Source of the DNA: Myxococcota bacterium
Lineage (GTDB): Bacteria > Myxococcota > XYA12-FULL-58-9 > JABJBS01
Length of the DNA: 64,000 nucleotides
Direction: 5' to 3'
Assembly: GCA_036339465.1 (NCBI GenBank)
Contig: JAYZAY010000064.1
Span: 1 to 64,000, forward strand
In this document: piece by piece, positions 1-8,825 of the stretch
How the letters are laid out: each line of letters starts with the position of its first letter
Position numbering within the stretch: the stretch's first letter is position 1
The notes under the pieces: generated by a model
Database searches by the model: none
Told to the model about the DNA's origin: nothing
The model's input: the letters and a program-made list of their open reading frames with translations, nothing else
Position numbers and translations under genes: made by a program

Positions 1-475
1 AAAGAGCACGGGCCCAATCTTCAAAGTGATGAACATAGTTGAGATGGTTGTAAGTGGTTTTAGCGAGGGCCTGAAAATCACCCCTCCTGGCTAAAACAAA
101 AGCAATCTTTACATAACCCCGAATGGACTCACCCAATTCCCGATGCAGTCCGTCTGAAATTTGGCCGGAATACTTTAATTCCGCACCCAAAGCCTTGGCT
201 TTCTTCATAGGCGTGAAATCGCCGGAAATGATATGGATTCCCTGCAAGTTATAGTACTTAGCCCATATATCCACAAACAAAGCCAGGAGGAGTGTCGAAA
301 ATTCGGCAAACACCAAAGGGATGGTCACCTTTAGAGACTTCCCATTGGTGGCCCAAGCGTACACCATGCCTCTTCGGCAATTCAAAACAATGGCACATAG
401 AATATGGAGAAACCCACCCTCAGTTTCGACTACTTTTTGGCTGCGGTCATGAATTAAAACGGCTTGACTCGGCAT
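1..475 (-). CDS. Hypothetical protein, truncated by the window edge (not in the ORF track)
   Basis: Manual translation: ATG at 475 preceded by GAGGA-like SD; open frame MPSQAVLIHDRSQKVVETEGGFLHILC...HHFEDWARAL runs to base 1 without a stop. Confidence 0.65.
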   Translation of the reverse strand, partial: MPSQAVLIHDRSQKVVETEGGFLHILCAIVLNCRRGMVYAWATNGKSLKVTIPLVFAEFSTLLLALFVDIWAKYYNLQGIHIISGDFTPMKKAKALGAELKYSGQISDGLHRELGESIRGYVKIAFVLARRGDFQALAKTTYNHLNYVHHFEDWARAL

Positions 476-850
476 ATCATCCTCGTTGATTGCTCCCCCC
501 GAAAAACTGTCGCCTCCATAAGAGCAAAATCCATACCAGCCACTGGATGTGTAAGGACAAGAAAGTGGCGATTATTTCAACACTTTCCGCAAATAATGGT
601 GGAATAGCGGATAAATCAACAAATCGGTGCACCATTATTGTTTGGGTTCAGCTCACCAATCATTGTCTGGGTTTGGGCTTATCAATAAGTCAATTTTAGA
701 AAGCTCTACTCCCCACTCTTGGAATATGGGTCTCCAAAGGGAAAATCTTCGAATTTCATGGGGGTTTCACCAACCAATCTAAACTCTAGAAACCTTTGCC
801 TTGACGATTTCTTAATGCTAATTTGCTGTTCATCATAATCAAATTGAAAC

Positions 851-1603
851 ATGCGCAAAACACATACTTCAAATCCAGAAAAAAACACAATCCTTCTTTT
901 TCATGGTTCTCCCGGCGGCCCAAAAGACTTTTTACACATCAAAGAAGGCCTAAAAGACTATCATTTTCGCGATGTTATTCGACCGGGTTATGAAACTTTT
1001 CAAACAGGGAATTCCCAAATAGGAGCACCGACGCTACCTTCTCCAACCATACTCATGGGATACTCGTGGGGAGCCGTCGCTGCATTGAGAACTGCGGACC
1101 TGAATCTGGAACAAACCAGTGCGATTATTCTAGCAGCCCCGATACTCTTTCCCAACCCTCAAGGTTTGTTTCGCAAATTAATACTCAATGCTCCTTTTGT
1201 GAGCGATATTATCATTCGCAGAAAATCCCCCGCTATTCTAGACGAATTCATCAAACAAACATGCTTCCCTGCACCTTGCCCTGAAGGTTACCGAGATTGG
1301 CTTGAAGAAATAACAGTGCCCGACATCTTAAAACAATGCGTCAAAGAAAAAATAGAAATCGCCCTGGATATTCCAGCCATATTAAGCCGTATTAACCTGC
1401 AAGAAATACCCGTCTTTGTTATCTGGGGTGACCAAGACCAAAGCGTCCACGAAATCGAACAAATACGCCCCATTCGTAGTCGCCTTTCTAACCTTCAAGA
1501 AGCTAAACTCCACGGCGCAGGACATGCTCTCATGTGGACTCATCATCAAGAAGTGCAAAAATCAATCGCACTTTTCCTCGAAACACTCACAGTCCGAAAT
1601 TAG
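851..1603 (+). CDS. Alpha/beta-fold hydrolase
   Basis: HGSPGG oxyanion motif, GYSWG nucleophile elbow, WGDQD acid, GAGH catalytic His. Confidence 0.9.
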   Translation: MRKTHTSNPEKNTILLFHGSPGGPKDFLHIKEGLKDYHFRDVIRPGYETFQTGNSQIGAPTLPSPTILMGYSWGAVAALRTADLNLEQTSAIILAAPILFPNPQGLFRKLILNAPFVSDIIIRRKSPAILDEFIKQTCFPAPCPEGYRDWLEEITVPDILKQCVKEKIEIALDIPAILSRINLQEIPVFVIWGDQDQSVHEIEQIRPIRSRLSNLQEAKLHGAGHALMWTHHQEVQKSIALFLETLTVRN

Positions 1604-1673
1604 ATTTATCATATAACGCCACCACAGGAGGGCACCACCGCGACACCCCATTCTCCCATACAAAGGAGCTACT

Positions 1674-2885
1674 TTAATGAGAAACGAGTTTCTCAAGCCT
1701 TTCTAAGATGGCTTTTGGACTCATTGTGCCTTTGTAAACATAGAGCTGCCCTGGTAAATCAGCATCAAGGACTTCCTCGCTTACACGAAGGCGACTACTG
1801 ACAGCAAAAATAATGGGCTGAGATAATCCTGCCTGAACCAATTCCACCCGGCGCCATACAGCATCTCTGCTCCAATACCCCATGACTTCGATAAACACGC
1901 AGGCCCCAGTCAGAGCGTGAATACAGACGAAATCAGGAACACACAGACCAACCCCTGGCAACTCAAGTAAATCATTGGCAACCTCGAGAGACCAACCTGT
2001 TTTCAAGCGCTCAAAAGATTTTCGGAATTTCTCCACCTCATCAGGCAACCTCAACACTTCGCTTGGATTGTGCCCTCGGCTTCCCGCGAGCCTAAATGGG
2101 CGAGGCTCAGCATCATTGCCCCAGCGAACATCCGCATTAAGCTCCCATTCATCAACTTCTTCCAGAGCAGGTAAAAGCAATGCTAGTTGCAGTCCATACT
2201 TGGTAACCGCCTTGAAAATACTGAACGGACCATCAATCTCGACCGAGTAAGAACCATCGACTTGAGCTTCAATTCGATAAAGTAATCGTCTAAATTTTAA
2301 ACGCCTAAAGAAAACCCGATAAACCCCGGGGTCACTGCATCTTAATGTAATTACAACGCGAACAGCCCTGAGTAAAACCGCCTGCTTCTGTGCCATCTCG
2401 AAATGGTCCAACAAAGCCCTAGGCTCGATCAGATCGAATTTCATGAGCACATGGTTTTCCCTCAGATCAGCAAAGAGATGGTCTTCAGAAACCTGGGCAT
2501 CAATACCTAACTCCGCCCCCACTTCTGAATAAATCGACAAAGGCTGAAAAATAGAATCATCACCCATATGCCGCCTATGGGAAGCTGCCCGGCTAAATAG
2601 GGCCCTACGATAAACGCTCGGTTCAATTTCATCGCGCGGTTCATAAGAGCACCGATCGCTTAGAATCTTTCGTAGGCCTTTAACCAATTTATAGTCCCTA
2701 GGATCCCCATCAACATCGCCCATCAATCCCTCGATATGATGACGACTTGCCCCTAAATTGTCACGGAGAATCCGGATAGAATGCTCTGCCACTGTCATCA
2801 GGCGGGCATATTCCGCTTCCTTGAGGGGCTGCACAAATAAGCCGCCGGATCGCCGGCGTATACGTACCAAATCAGCTGTAAGCAA
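1674..2885 (-). CDS. DUF790 family (Bax1-like) PD-(D/E)xK nuclease
   Basis: MLTADL start, IDGPFSIF...KYGLQLA, C-terminal VPDF...FIEVMGYW; TTG start with GGAGG SD; overlaps the helicase stop. Confidence 0.85.
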   Translation of the reverse strand: MLTADLVRIRRRSGGLFVQPLKEAEYARLMTVAEHSIRILRDNLGASRHHIEGLMGDVDGDPRDYKLVKGLRKILSDRCSYEPRDEIEPSVYRRALFSRAASHRRHMGDDSIFQPLSIYSEVGAELGIDAQVSEDHLFADLRENHVLMKFDLIEPRALLDHFEMAQKQAVLLRAVRVVITLRCSDPGVYRVFFRRLKFRRLLYRIEAQVDGSYSVEIDGPFSIFKAVTKYGLQLALLLPALEEVDEWELNADVRWGNDAEPRPFRLAGSRGHNPSEVLRLPDEVEKFRKSFERLKTGWSLEVANDLLELPGVGLCVPDFVCIHALTGACVFIEVMGYWSRDAVWRRVELVQAGLSQPIIFAVSSRLRVSEEVLDADLPGQLYVYKGTMSPKAILERLEKLVSH

Positions 2886-4251
2886 CGTGATCCCTCCTCC
2901 GATTACTGGTTCTCATTTCAGAGGTGTCATTGGCCACTAATTCATAGAGAATCGCCTTTTTGTCACCCTTCTTCCGCAAAATGCGACCCAACCTCTGGAC
3001 ATGTTCTCGCACCGAACCGCTGCCCGACATGATGATTCCCACATTGGCTTCGGGCATATCAACACCTTCGTTGAGAACTTTCGACGTTGCTAAGGCGTTG
3101 TAGGTCCCCTCGGAAAAATCCCTGAGGATCTCGCTTCGCTCACTTACCTTGGTTTGATGTGTGATGACAGGAACAAGAAATCGACGAGACATTTCATAGG
3201 CCGATTGATTTCGTTCTGTAAATAGAAGCACACGATCCCTTCGATGCCGATGCAATAAATGTTCTACGTAGCCAAGTTTGGAGGGAGCGGCGAAAGCTAG
3301 ATGCTTTTGGCGTTGATAGGACTTCATTGCACCGCGACCCTCTGCGCTCAGAGAGGACCGAATCACAAATTGCGCCCACCCATCCGGGGCACTCATCCGG
3401 ATACCTTGAGAACGAATAAATTGGAGATATATTTGCCGAGCCTCGTTATATCCCTCACGCTCCTTGGGTGTGAGCTCCACCAATATTTGTTCGACTCGGT
3501 AGTCGGCTAAGTGCTCTCCTGTAAGCTCCCCGATATCACGTCGATACACAAGTGGCCCAATCAAAGAGTTTAGATTGACATCTTTGCCATCAGCACGTTC
3601 AGGGGTTGCCGTCAGTCCCAAACGATAGGGAGCCAAACAACTCTGGGCCGCGAGAGAATAAGCGTCGCTCGGTAAATGGTGGCATTCATCAAAGATCACC
3701 AGACCGAACTTTGCACCAAGATTTTCCATATGCATATAGGCCGAATCATAGGTCGTCACAGTGATCGGCTTAGGCGAATGCTCACCACCACCAATAACAC
3801 CAACCTCCATACCGAAACTCGAACGAATCAGGTCATACCACTGCGAAACCAAATCGAGCGTCGGAGCCACCACCAAGGTGTGTTTTCTCATACTATCCAT
3901 CGCCAATAGGGCCACATAACTTTTTCCCGCACCGGTCGGTAAAACCACAACCCCTCGTCCGGCCGCATTTTTCCATGCTTCAAGGGCCTCTTCCTGGAAA
4001 TATCGCGACGTTCTACGAACTTGAAGACCATTGCCTAAGTCACCATAGCCGCAAGCTGAATCCTTAATGGGGCTGGATTGCCCAGATAGACTTTGGGTGA
4101 TCTCTGCATAGCTCAAGGCCGGGGCCCGAAAACAAGATGTTCGTGGGTCCCATTTCACACCTGCAGGTAATAGGGAGACCATCTCCTCTCGAAGGCCACG
4201 TATCTCTATGGTTCCTGCGACAAAACGAAGTTCTATTTCCAACAAAGTCAT
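2872..4251 (-). CDS. XPB/Rad25-like superfamily 2 helicase
   Basis: LPTGAGKS (Walker A), DECHH, GLTATPER, EGVDMP, QRLGRILR. Confidence 0.9.
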   Translation of the reverse strand: MTLLEIELRFVAGTIEIRGLREEMVSLLPAGVKWDPRTSCFRAPALSYAEITQSLSGQSSPIKDSACGYGDLGNGLQVRRTSRYFQEEALEAWKNAAGRGVVVLPTGAGKSYVALLAMDSMRKHTLVVAPTLDLVSQWYDLIRSSFGMEVGVIGGGEHSPKPITVTTYDSAYMHMENLGAKFGLVIFDECHHLPSDAYSLAAQSCLAPYRLGLTATPERADGKDVNLNSLIGPLVYRRDIGELTGEHLADYRVEQILVELTPKEREGYNEARQIYLQFIRSQGIRMSAPDGWAQFVIRSSLSAEGRGAMKSYQRQKHLAFAAPSKLGYVEHLLHRHRRDRVLLFTERNQSAYEMSRRFLVPVITHQTKVSERSEILRDFSEGTYNALATSKVLNEGVDMPEANVGIIMSGSGSVREHVQRLGRILRKKGDKKAILYELVANDTSEMRTSNRRRDHVAYS

Positions 4252-4313
4252 CTCCGGGGTCTACCTCAGCTAGACCCCGGAAATGTCCTATTCAAGGCTG
4301 AAGGTCAATCTCA

Positions 4314-5189
4314 TCATAGGACCCCATCTCTCTTCTTCCCGTCGGTCATTTTCTTGAGCAGGTTATTACGACCCTTTTCGAAAAGCCAAAGGCTAAAATT
4401 CGGGAATAGACGATACAAGAGCCACAAAAATCTCAGACTCGTTGGAAGCACAATAATGGGGGTTTTTCGGGCTATTTTATGGAGACTTCTTTCGGCAAAG
4501 TCATCGGCTTTCATCATTGGAGGCGAATCCACATATTTCTGGATATCTTCGAAAGCTTGCCTGTCAAGCCGACCAAACTTTCCCCCATCTTGAGTCATAG
4601 GAGTTTCAATGAACCCAGGACATAAAACACTAACATGAACCCCCAAACGACGGGCCTGCCCCAAAAGGGCCATCGACAATCCCACCACTGCATGTTTGCT
4701 CATGGAATAACTGACGTTGACAGCCATAGGAATCAATCCGGCTCCCGATGCCGTGTTGATGATATGACCAAACCCCTGTTTGAGCATGAGGGGGTAAACC
4801 CCATGAACACCATTGACAATCCCACGGATGTTCACATCAATAACATAGTTCCAATCATTCAGTGATTCGTCCTTAACATCCCACCCGATTGAAACCCCCG
4901 CATTGTTGAACAAATAATCAATTCTACCATAACGCTCGATGGTTTCCTGGAGCAAAGCCTGAAAGTTACTAAAATCAGTCACGTCCAAATAACTTGCCGT
5001 TGCTTTGCCGCCAAGCTCACAAAGCACCCGAGCCTGATTCTCTGCCTCTTCAATTTGTAGATCAGCCAAAATGACTTCACAGCCCCGTCGAACCAAAGCA
5101 CGCCCCAAAGCCAATCCAATTCCGGAAGCCCCCCCAGTTATCACGGCCACCCCACCTTTGAACACTCTCAAGTCATCGTCTTTGTCCAT
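4314..5189 (-). CDS. Short-chain dehydrogenase/reductase (SDR)
   Basis: TGGASGIG, NNAG, YSMSK catalytic motif. Confidence 0.93.
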   Translation of the reverse strand: MDKDDDLRVFKGGVAVITGGASGIGLALGRALVRRGCEVILADLQIEEAENQARVLCELGGKATASYLDVTDFSNFQALLQETIERYGRIDYLFNNAGVSIGWDVKDESLNDWNYVIDVNIRGIVNGVHGVYPLMLKQGFGHIINTASGAGLIPMAVNVSYSMSKHAVVGLSMALLGQARRLGVHVSVLCPGFIETPMTQDGGKFGRLDRQAFEDIQKYVDSPPMMKADDFAERSLHKIARKTPIIVLPTSLRFLWLLYRLFPNFSLWLFEKGRNNLLKKMTDGKKRDGVL

Positions 5190-5368
5190 TATACTTCCTA
5201 TATACTCGCCCCGTTTCCCCGAGGCTACGCTCCATCATAGCCCCAAACGATCCGACACCCCCTAGGCTAGAATCCTACCCTGCTTTACTTTCTCCCTCCA
5301 GTCCTACAAGTGCCTTCATCCACACACCTGGCTTCGAGCATCGGTCTCTGTTACGTTTTGAATAAGCC

Positions 5369-5730
5369 AATAGGAAGCACGAATTCTCATTACAGACGCG
5401 AGTCAAACGATAGAGAGCGGCTTTAGAAACACTATTTGGAACCACTAAACGATACTTATAAACCTGCCAACACCGATAAAGACTGGCTAAAAAGAGCTAG
5501 GGACTCGCTGCCCATGTTTTTACGTTGGGCATGGATTTTCAGAGGATGAAGCAATGGAATCACGGATTCTCATTACAGAAAAAAAGTCAAACGGTGCAGC
5601 GACTTTACCAACACTATTTGAAACCACTGGACTGTGAGTTTAAAACAGCCAACAACGCTGAAGACTGCATAAGGATAGCTCGGGACTGGCGGCCCGACAT
5701 TATTACATTGGGCATGGAATTTCCGGAGAC
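5369..5730 (+). repeat. Degenerate tandem duplication (~180 bp unit) of the 5' end of the response-regulator gene
   Basis: 5369-5546 aligns with 5553-5730 through shared blocks ATTCTCATTACAGA, AGTCAAACG, AACACTATTTG, AACCACT, GCCAACA, AAGACTG, GGGACT, TTGGGCATGGA. Confidence 0.85.
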
Positions 5731-7045
5731 ATCCGGTATCGAGATTTGCGAACAGCTCAAAGCCGACGAGATTGTGGGTATGATTCCTGTGGTGATTATC
5801 TCTGCTGTGGCTTGCCCAGACCTTCAGGCCACAGCATTTGAAGCCGGCGTCATCGAATATATCATCAAACCGTGCTCCCCATGTTTCCTAAAACAGAGAA
5901 TCGAATCAATCTTAGACCCAATTGAAACCCACTACTCCAACCCAGGGGATGAAAGAACTGATTATACCGTACTTGTCGCTGAAAACTGCATCGCACTCAA
6001 ACTCCTCTATCAATACCAGCTAAGCCAACTCAATTGTAAGACAATCATATGCCCAGATGGACTCGAGGCTTGGCAAACCATCTGCAAGCGACCCCATGAA
6101 ATTGACTTGATCATCTGCGCTATGAACATGCCAAATATGGATGGCCGAGAACTGGCAAAGCGCATCCGAAGTGATTCCTCTTTTGACCAAATACCACTGA
6201 TTATGTCTTCGAAAGTTCAGGAACTTCTAGAAATCAAGGCGCTCCTGCATCTCGGCGCGAACGATTATCTTACCAAGCCATTTTCCCATGAAGAATTCGC
6301 GGCCCGCGTGAGAGCTCATTTAAGAACTCGAGTACTCATGCACGAACAAAAACACTTGAAGAACAAACTGAGCCAAATGAATAACATTCTCGAAGAGAGA
6401 GTTAAATTACAAACCCTAGATATCAGAGAAGCAAATCTTTCAGCAATTTACATGCTGGCAATGGCGAGCAATGCCAAAGACTCAGACACGGAAAATCAAG
6501 CTCAGCGCGTTCGTTTTTATTCAGAGGCACTGGCTTCTAAATTGGGATTCGACGAAAGCGAAGCCCAAGAAATCGGTTACGCCAGTATGCTACGCGACGT
6601 TGGAAAACTCGCCATTCCAGATCCAATACTGCAAAACCCCGAAAAACTCGATGACAAAGAGTTGGCGATTATGCGTACCCACCCAGAACAGGGTGCTCGA
6701 ATGTTGGGCAAGAGTGCATTCTTCAAAACAGCCCGTGAGCTCGCCCATTGTCACCACGAGCGATTTGATGGTAGCGGCTACCCACGGCAATTGGCCGGTG
6801 AATCCATACCAATCGCCGCCAGAATAGTCGCTGTCGCGGATGTCTACGATACCCTTTCTTCGAAACAAGTTGACGAGGCGGCCTGGAATGAAGAAGAGAT
6901 ATCCATTGGACTCATTAACATCTCCGGCACGCACCTTGATCCCAATTTCGTCAACATATTCCTCGAATGCATACACAACGGCACCGTAACCAAAATTAAG
7001 GGAAGATATTCAACCCCTTCTCCTAATGAACAGTCTGTCGCTTAA
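5525..7045 (+). CDS. REC-REC-HD-GYP protein with degenerate motifs; likely true start ATG 5554 with a frameshift in an A7 run
   Basis: Two receiver-like domains (ending YIIKP, YLTKPF), HHERFDGSGYP, ARIVAVADVYD; HD site reads RD. Confidence 0.85.
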   Translation: MGMDFQRMKQWNHGFSLQKKSQTVQRLYQHYLKPLDCEFKTANNAEDCIRIARDWRPDIITLGMEFPETSGIEICEQLKADEIVGMIPVVIISAVACPDLQATAFEAGVIEYIIKPCSPCFLKQRIESILDPIETHYSNPGDERTDYTVLVAENCIALKLLYQYQLSQLNCKTIICPDGLEAWQTICKRPHEIDLIICAMNMPNMDGRELAKRIRSDSSFDQIPLIMSSKVQELLEIKALLHLGANDYLTKPFSHEEFAARVRAHLRTRVLMHEQKHLKNKLSQMNNILEERVKLQTLDIREANLSAIYMLAMASNAKDSDTENQAQRVRFYSEALASKLGFDESEAQEIGYASMLRDVGKLAIPDPILQNPEKLDDKELAIMRTHPEQGARMLGKSAFFKTARELAHCHHERFDGSGYPRQLAGESIPIAARIVAVADVYDTLSSKQVDEAAWNEEEISIGLINISGTHLDPNFVNIFLECIHNGTVTKIKGRYSTPSPNEQSVA

Positions 7046-7292
7046 AGAACGATTCTTTCCAAATATCTTCGTCACCCATCAATATTCCCCTCAATGAGCG
7101 GTGAGCTGATGTTGTCGCCCCTGAAAAAACGACATTCTTGGTAATCTAAAGGCCAAACGCCCGTCTAAATTCGTCAATATTGGCGACCTTCGACGTCATT
7201 TTTCTCCCTCCAAAGATGGCGGCGAATGTCTTCGACAAAACAACCAGTGCCATTGCAGTCACTTAGAGAAGGCCTAAGCATCTGTAAAAACC

Positions 7293-7307
7293 TGGCACGT
7301 CCTTTGA
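7293..7307 (+). promoter_or_regulatory. Putative sigma54 (-24/-12) promoter
   Basis: TGGCACG-TCCT-TTGA versus consensus TGGCACG-N4-TTGC, correct spacing, ~30 bp upstream of ATG 7339. Confidence 0.55.
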
Positions 7308-7338
7308 TAGAGTCTGTCTACACCGCTGCCGCGAGAAA

Positions 7339-7890
7339 ATGACCATGCCCTCAATTCTACTCTACAATCAATTCATCGAGGAGTTCCTCCCCCCACGGGG
7401 ACATCTTCCATTGCTTCTACTCAGTTTCACCGTCTTACTATTGGTGACCTCAGTCCTTCTAAAACGTCTGCACAAGTCACAACATTCTGTGCGTATTGAA
7501 TTAGAACATCTTAACCAAGGGCTCATTCAACTCCGACAGGACCAAGAAAAAGAGCTGAAATATCTTCGTCAAACGCTGAATCAAAACAGAGGCCCCATCA
7601 CTGATCAAGAAATAGCGACACTCTTTGAAGAAATCACTCACCTCCCACCCTCGCTCCTGAAACAGTTTCTCAAAGAAGCTAAAATAGAGAATCTGGTCCA
7701 GAGTTTTCAAGAAACCTCGGTCGAGCGCCAATTATTGATCGGTCATTGCCTTGCAAAGCCCATTGCAAAAAAATTTCAAATTCAGATTCGTGATGTTCAT
7801 ATTGAACCAGAAGATATCAAGAGCGCCAAACGACAAATAATTACCCATGGAGTGAAAACAGGATTATTACTGAAACCAAAATCAGACTAA
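7339..7890 (+). CDS. Membrane-anchored protein with coiled coil and FliG C-terminal-like domain
   Basis: Hydrophobic segment LPLLLLSFTVLLLVTSVLL; LFEEITHLPPSLLKQFLKE...PEDIKSAKRQII follows the FliG_C pattern FEDL..LDDRSIQRLLRE...SDVEEAQQEI. Confidence 0.6.
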   Translation: MTMPSILLYNQFIEEFLPPRGHLPLLLLSFTVLLLVTSVLLKRLHKSQHSVRIELEHLNQGLIQLRQDQEKELKYLRQTLNQNRGPITDQEIATLFEEITHLPPSLLKQFLKEAKIENLVQSFQETSVERQLLIGHCLAKPIAKKFQIQIRDVHIEPEDIKSAKRQIITHGVKTGLLLKPKSD

Positions 7891-7951
7891 TTCACCAATT
7901 CTGTCGTGATTCTGTTGTATCGACTGAGAGATGTTTTCAAACAGATTGAAA

Positions 7952-8029
7952 TGGTCGGGGCGACACGATTCGAACGTGCGACCCCCTGCTCCCAAAGCAG
8001 GTGCTCTAGCCAGGCTGAGCTACGCCCCG
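7952..8029 (-). tRNA. tRNA-Pro (anticodon TGG)
   Basis: Reverse complement CGGGGCGTAGCTCAGCCTGGCTAGAGCACCTGCTTTGGGAGCAGGGGGTCGCACGTTCGAATCGTGTCGCCCCGACCA: cloverleaf, TTCGAAT T-loop, encoded CCA. Confidence 0.96.
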
Positions 8030-8163
8030 ACGCGAAAGCACCTAGTAATATGGAGACCAAGAGTTTTCAAGAGGGTAAACAAGAAAAGTAATTTCTTTGC
8101 TTCTCTCGAAAAATCAGTAGATTGGACTCGATCATCTTAATAATTAGGAGTAGAAACCGTCCC

Positions 8164-8376
8164 ATGGCTCCTGAAGATCATGTAAAGACTAAAGATTTAG
8201 TCCAAAATCACCAAGGAGAATCCCAATTGATACCGCCGGAACGAGAAGAAATATTGCCCCGTGAAGCAAATATGCTGTTGCCTGCCCCTAACACAGCACC
8301 GGACAATCCAAAAAGACCAGATCCAGTGATTGTAGAAACTCAGGTATTTACTTCACCCGGGGAGCCCAAGCCATGA
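8164..8376 (+). CDS. Small Pro-rich hypothetical protein
   Basis: AGGAG upstream of ATG 8164; stop overlaps the next start (ATGA). Confidence 0.35.
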   Translation: MAPEDHVKTKDLVQNHQGESQLIPPEREEILPREANMLLPAPNTAPDNPKRPDPVIVETQVFTSPGEPKP

Positions 8377-8810
8377 GCCAATCCCCCGAAGTCATCGCCG
8401 AAGAAATTGTCACACGCGTGCTTTCTAAATTGGGCACAACAGACCCCACCATCACAAGATTGATCGCTCAAGAAGTGGCTTCGGTACTTACCACCCATGA
8501 ATTGCCGTCAAACCATTCCACCTCTAGCCCCGAACGGGTCGTGCTCACGGCCAACGGCCGGAATCGACCAGGAATTGTCGTACGACTCACGTCCATTATC
8601 GATGAATTTGGAGGGGACATTCGAGACATCAATCAAACCATTGTCAGTGATTATTTTAGTATGGTGATAGTCGTCGATATAGCCGCCGCCACAAGTGTCG
8701 GTTCACGATTTGGCACCCTCAAACAAAGACTCGAAGGTGCCGGTAAAGACCTCGGAGTTCACGTGGTCGCCCTCCACGATGACATTCTAAGCACGATGCA
8801 TAGCGTCTAA
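8373..8810 (+). CDS. ACT domain protein (UPF0237-like) with N-terminal extension
   Basis: VVLTANGRNRPGIV...DIRDINQTIVSDYFSM...DILSTMHSV; usual partner of DUF711. Confidence 0.85.
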   Translation: MSQSPEVIAEEIVTRVLSKLGTTDPTITRLIAQEVASVLTTHELPSNHSTSSPERVVLTANGRNRPGIVVRLTSIIDEFGGDIRDINQTIVSDYFSMVIVVDIAAATSVGSRFGTLKQRLEGAGKDLGVHVVALHDDILSTMHSV

Positions 8811-8825
8811 GGCTGCAAAGCGCCC

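Noticed and set aside
5578..5586. A-AAA-AAG as a programmed -1 frameshift site
   Set aside because: Joining ATG 5554 to the long ORF needs a +1 shift, not -1
5369..5730. Duplicated segment as a DGR template/variable repeat pair
   Set aside because: Differences are not adenine-specific, include indels, lie at a 5' end, and no reverse transcriptase is in the window
1..7951. tRNA-anchored integrative element
   Set aside because: No integrase and no duplicated tRNA 3' end seen in the window
7906..8140. ORFs 7906-8091 and 7931-8140
   Set aside because: They are antisense shadows of tRNA-Pro (MVGATRFERATPCSQ is a typical tRNA reverse translation)
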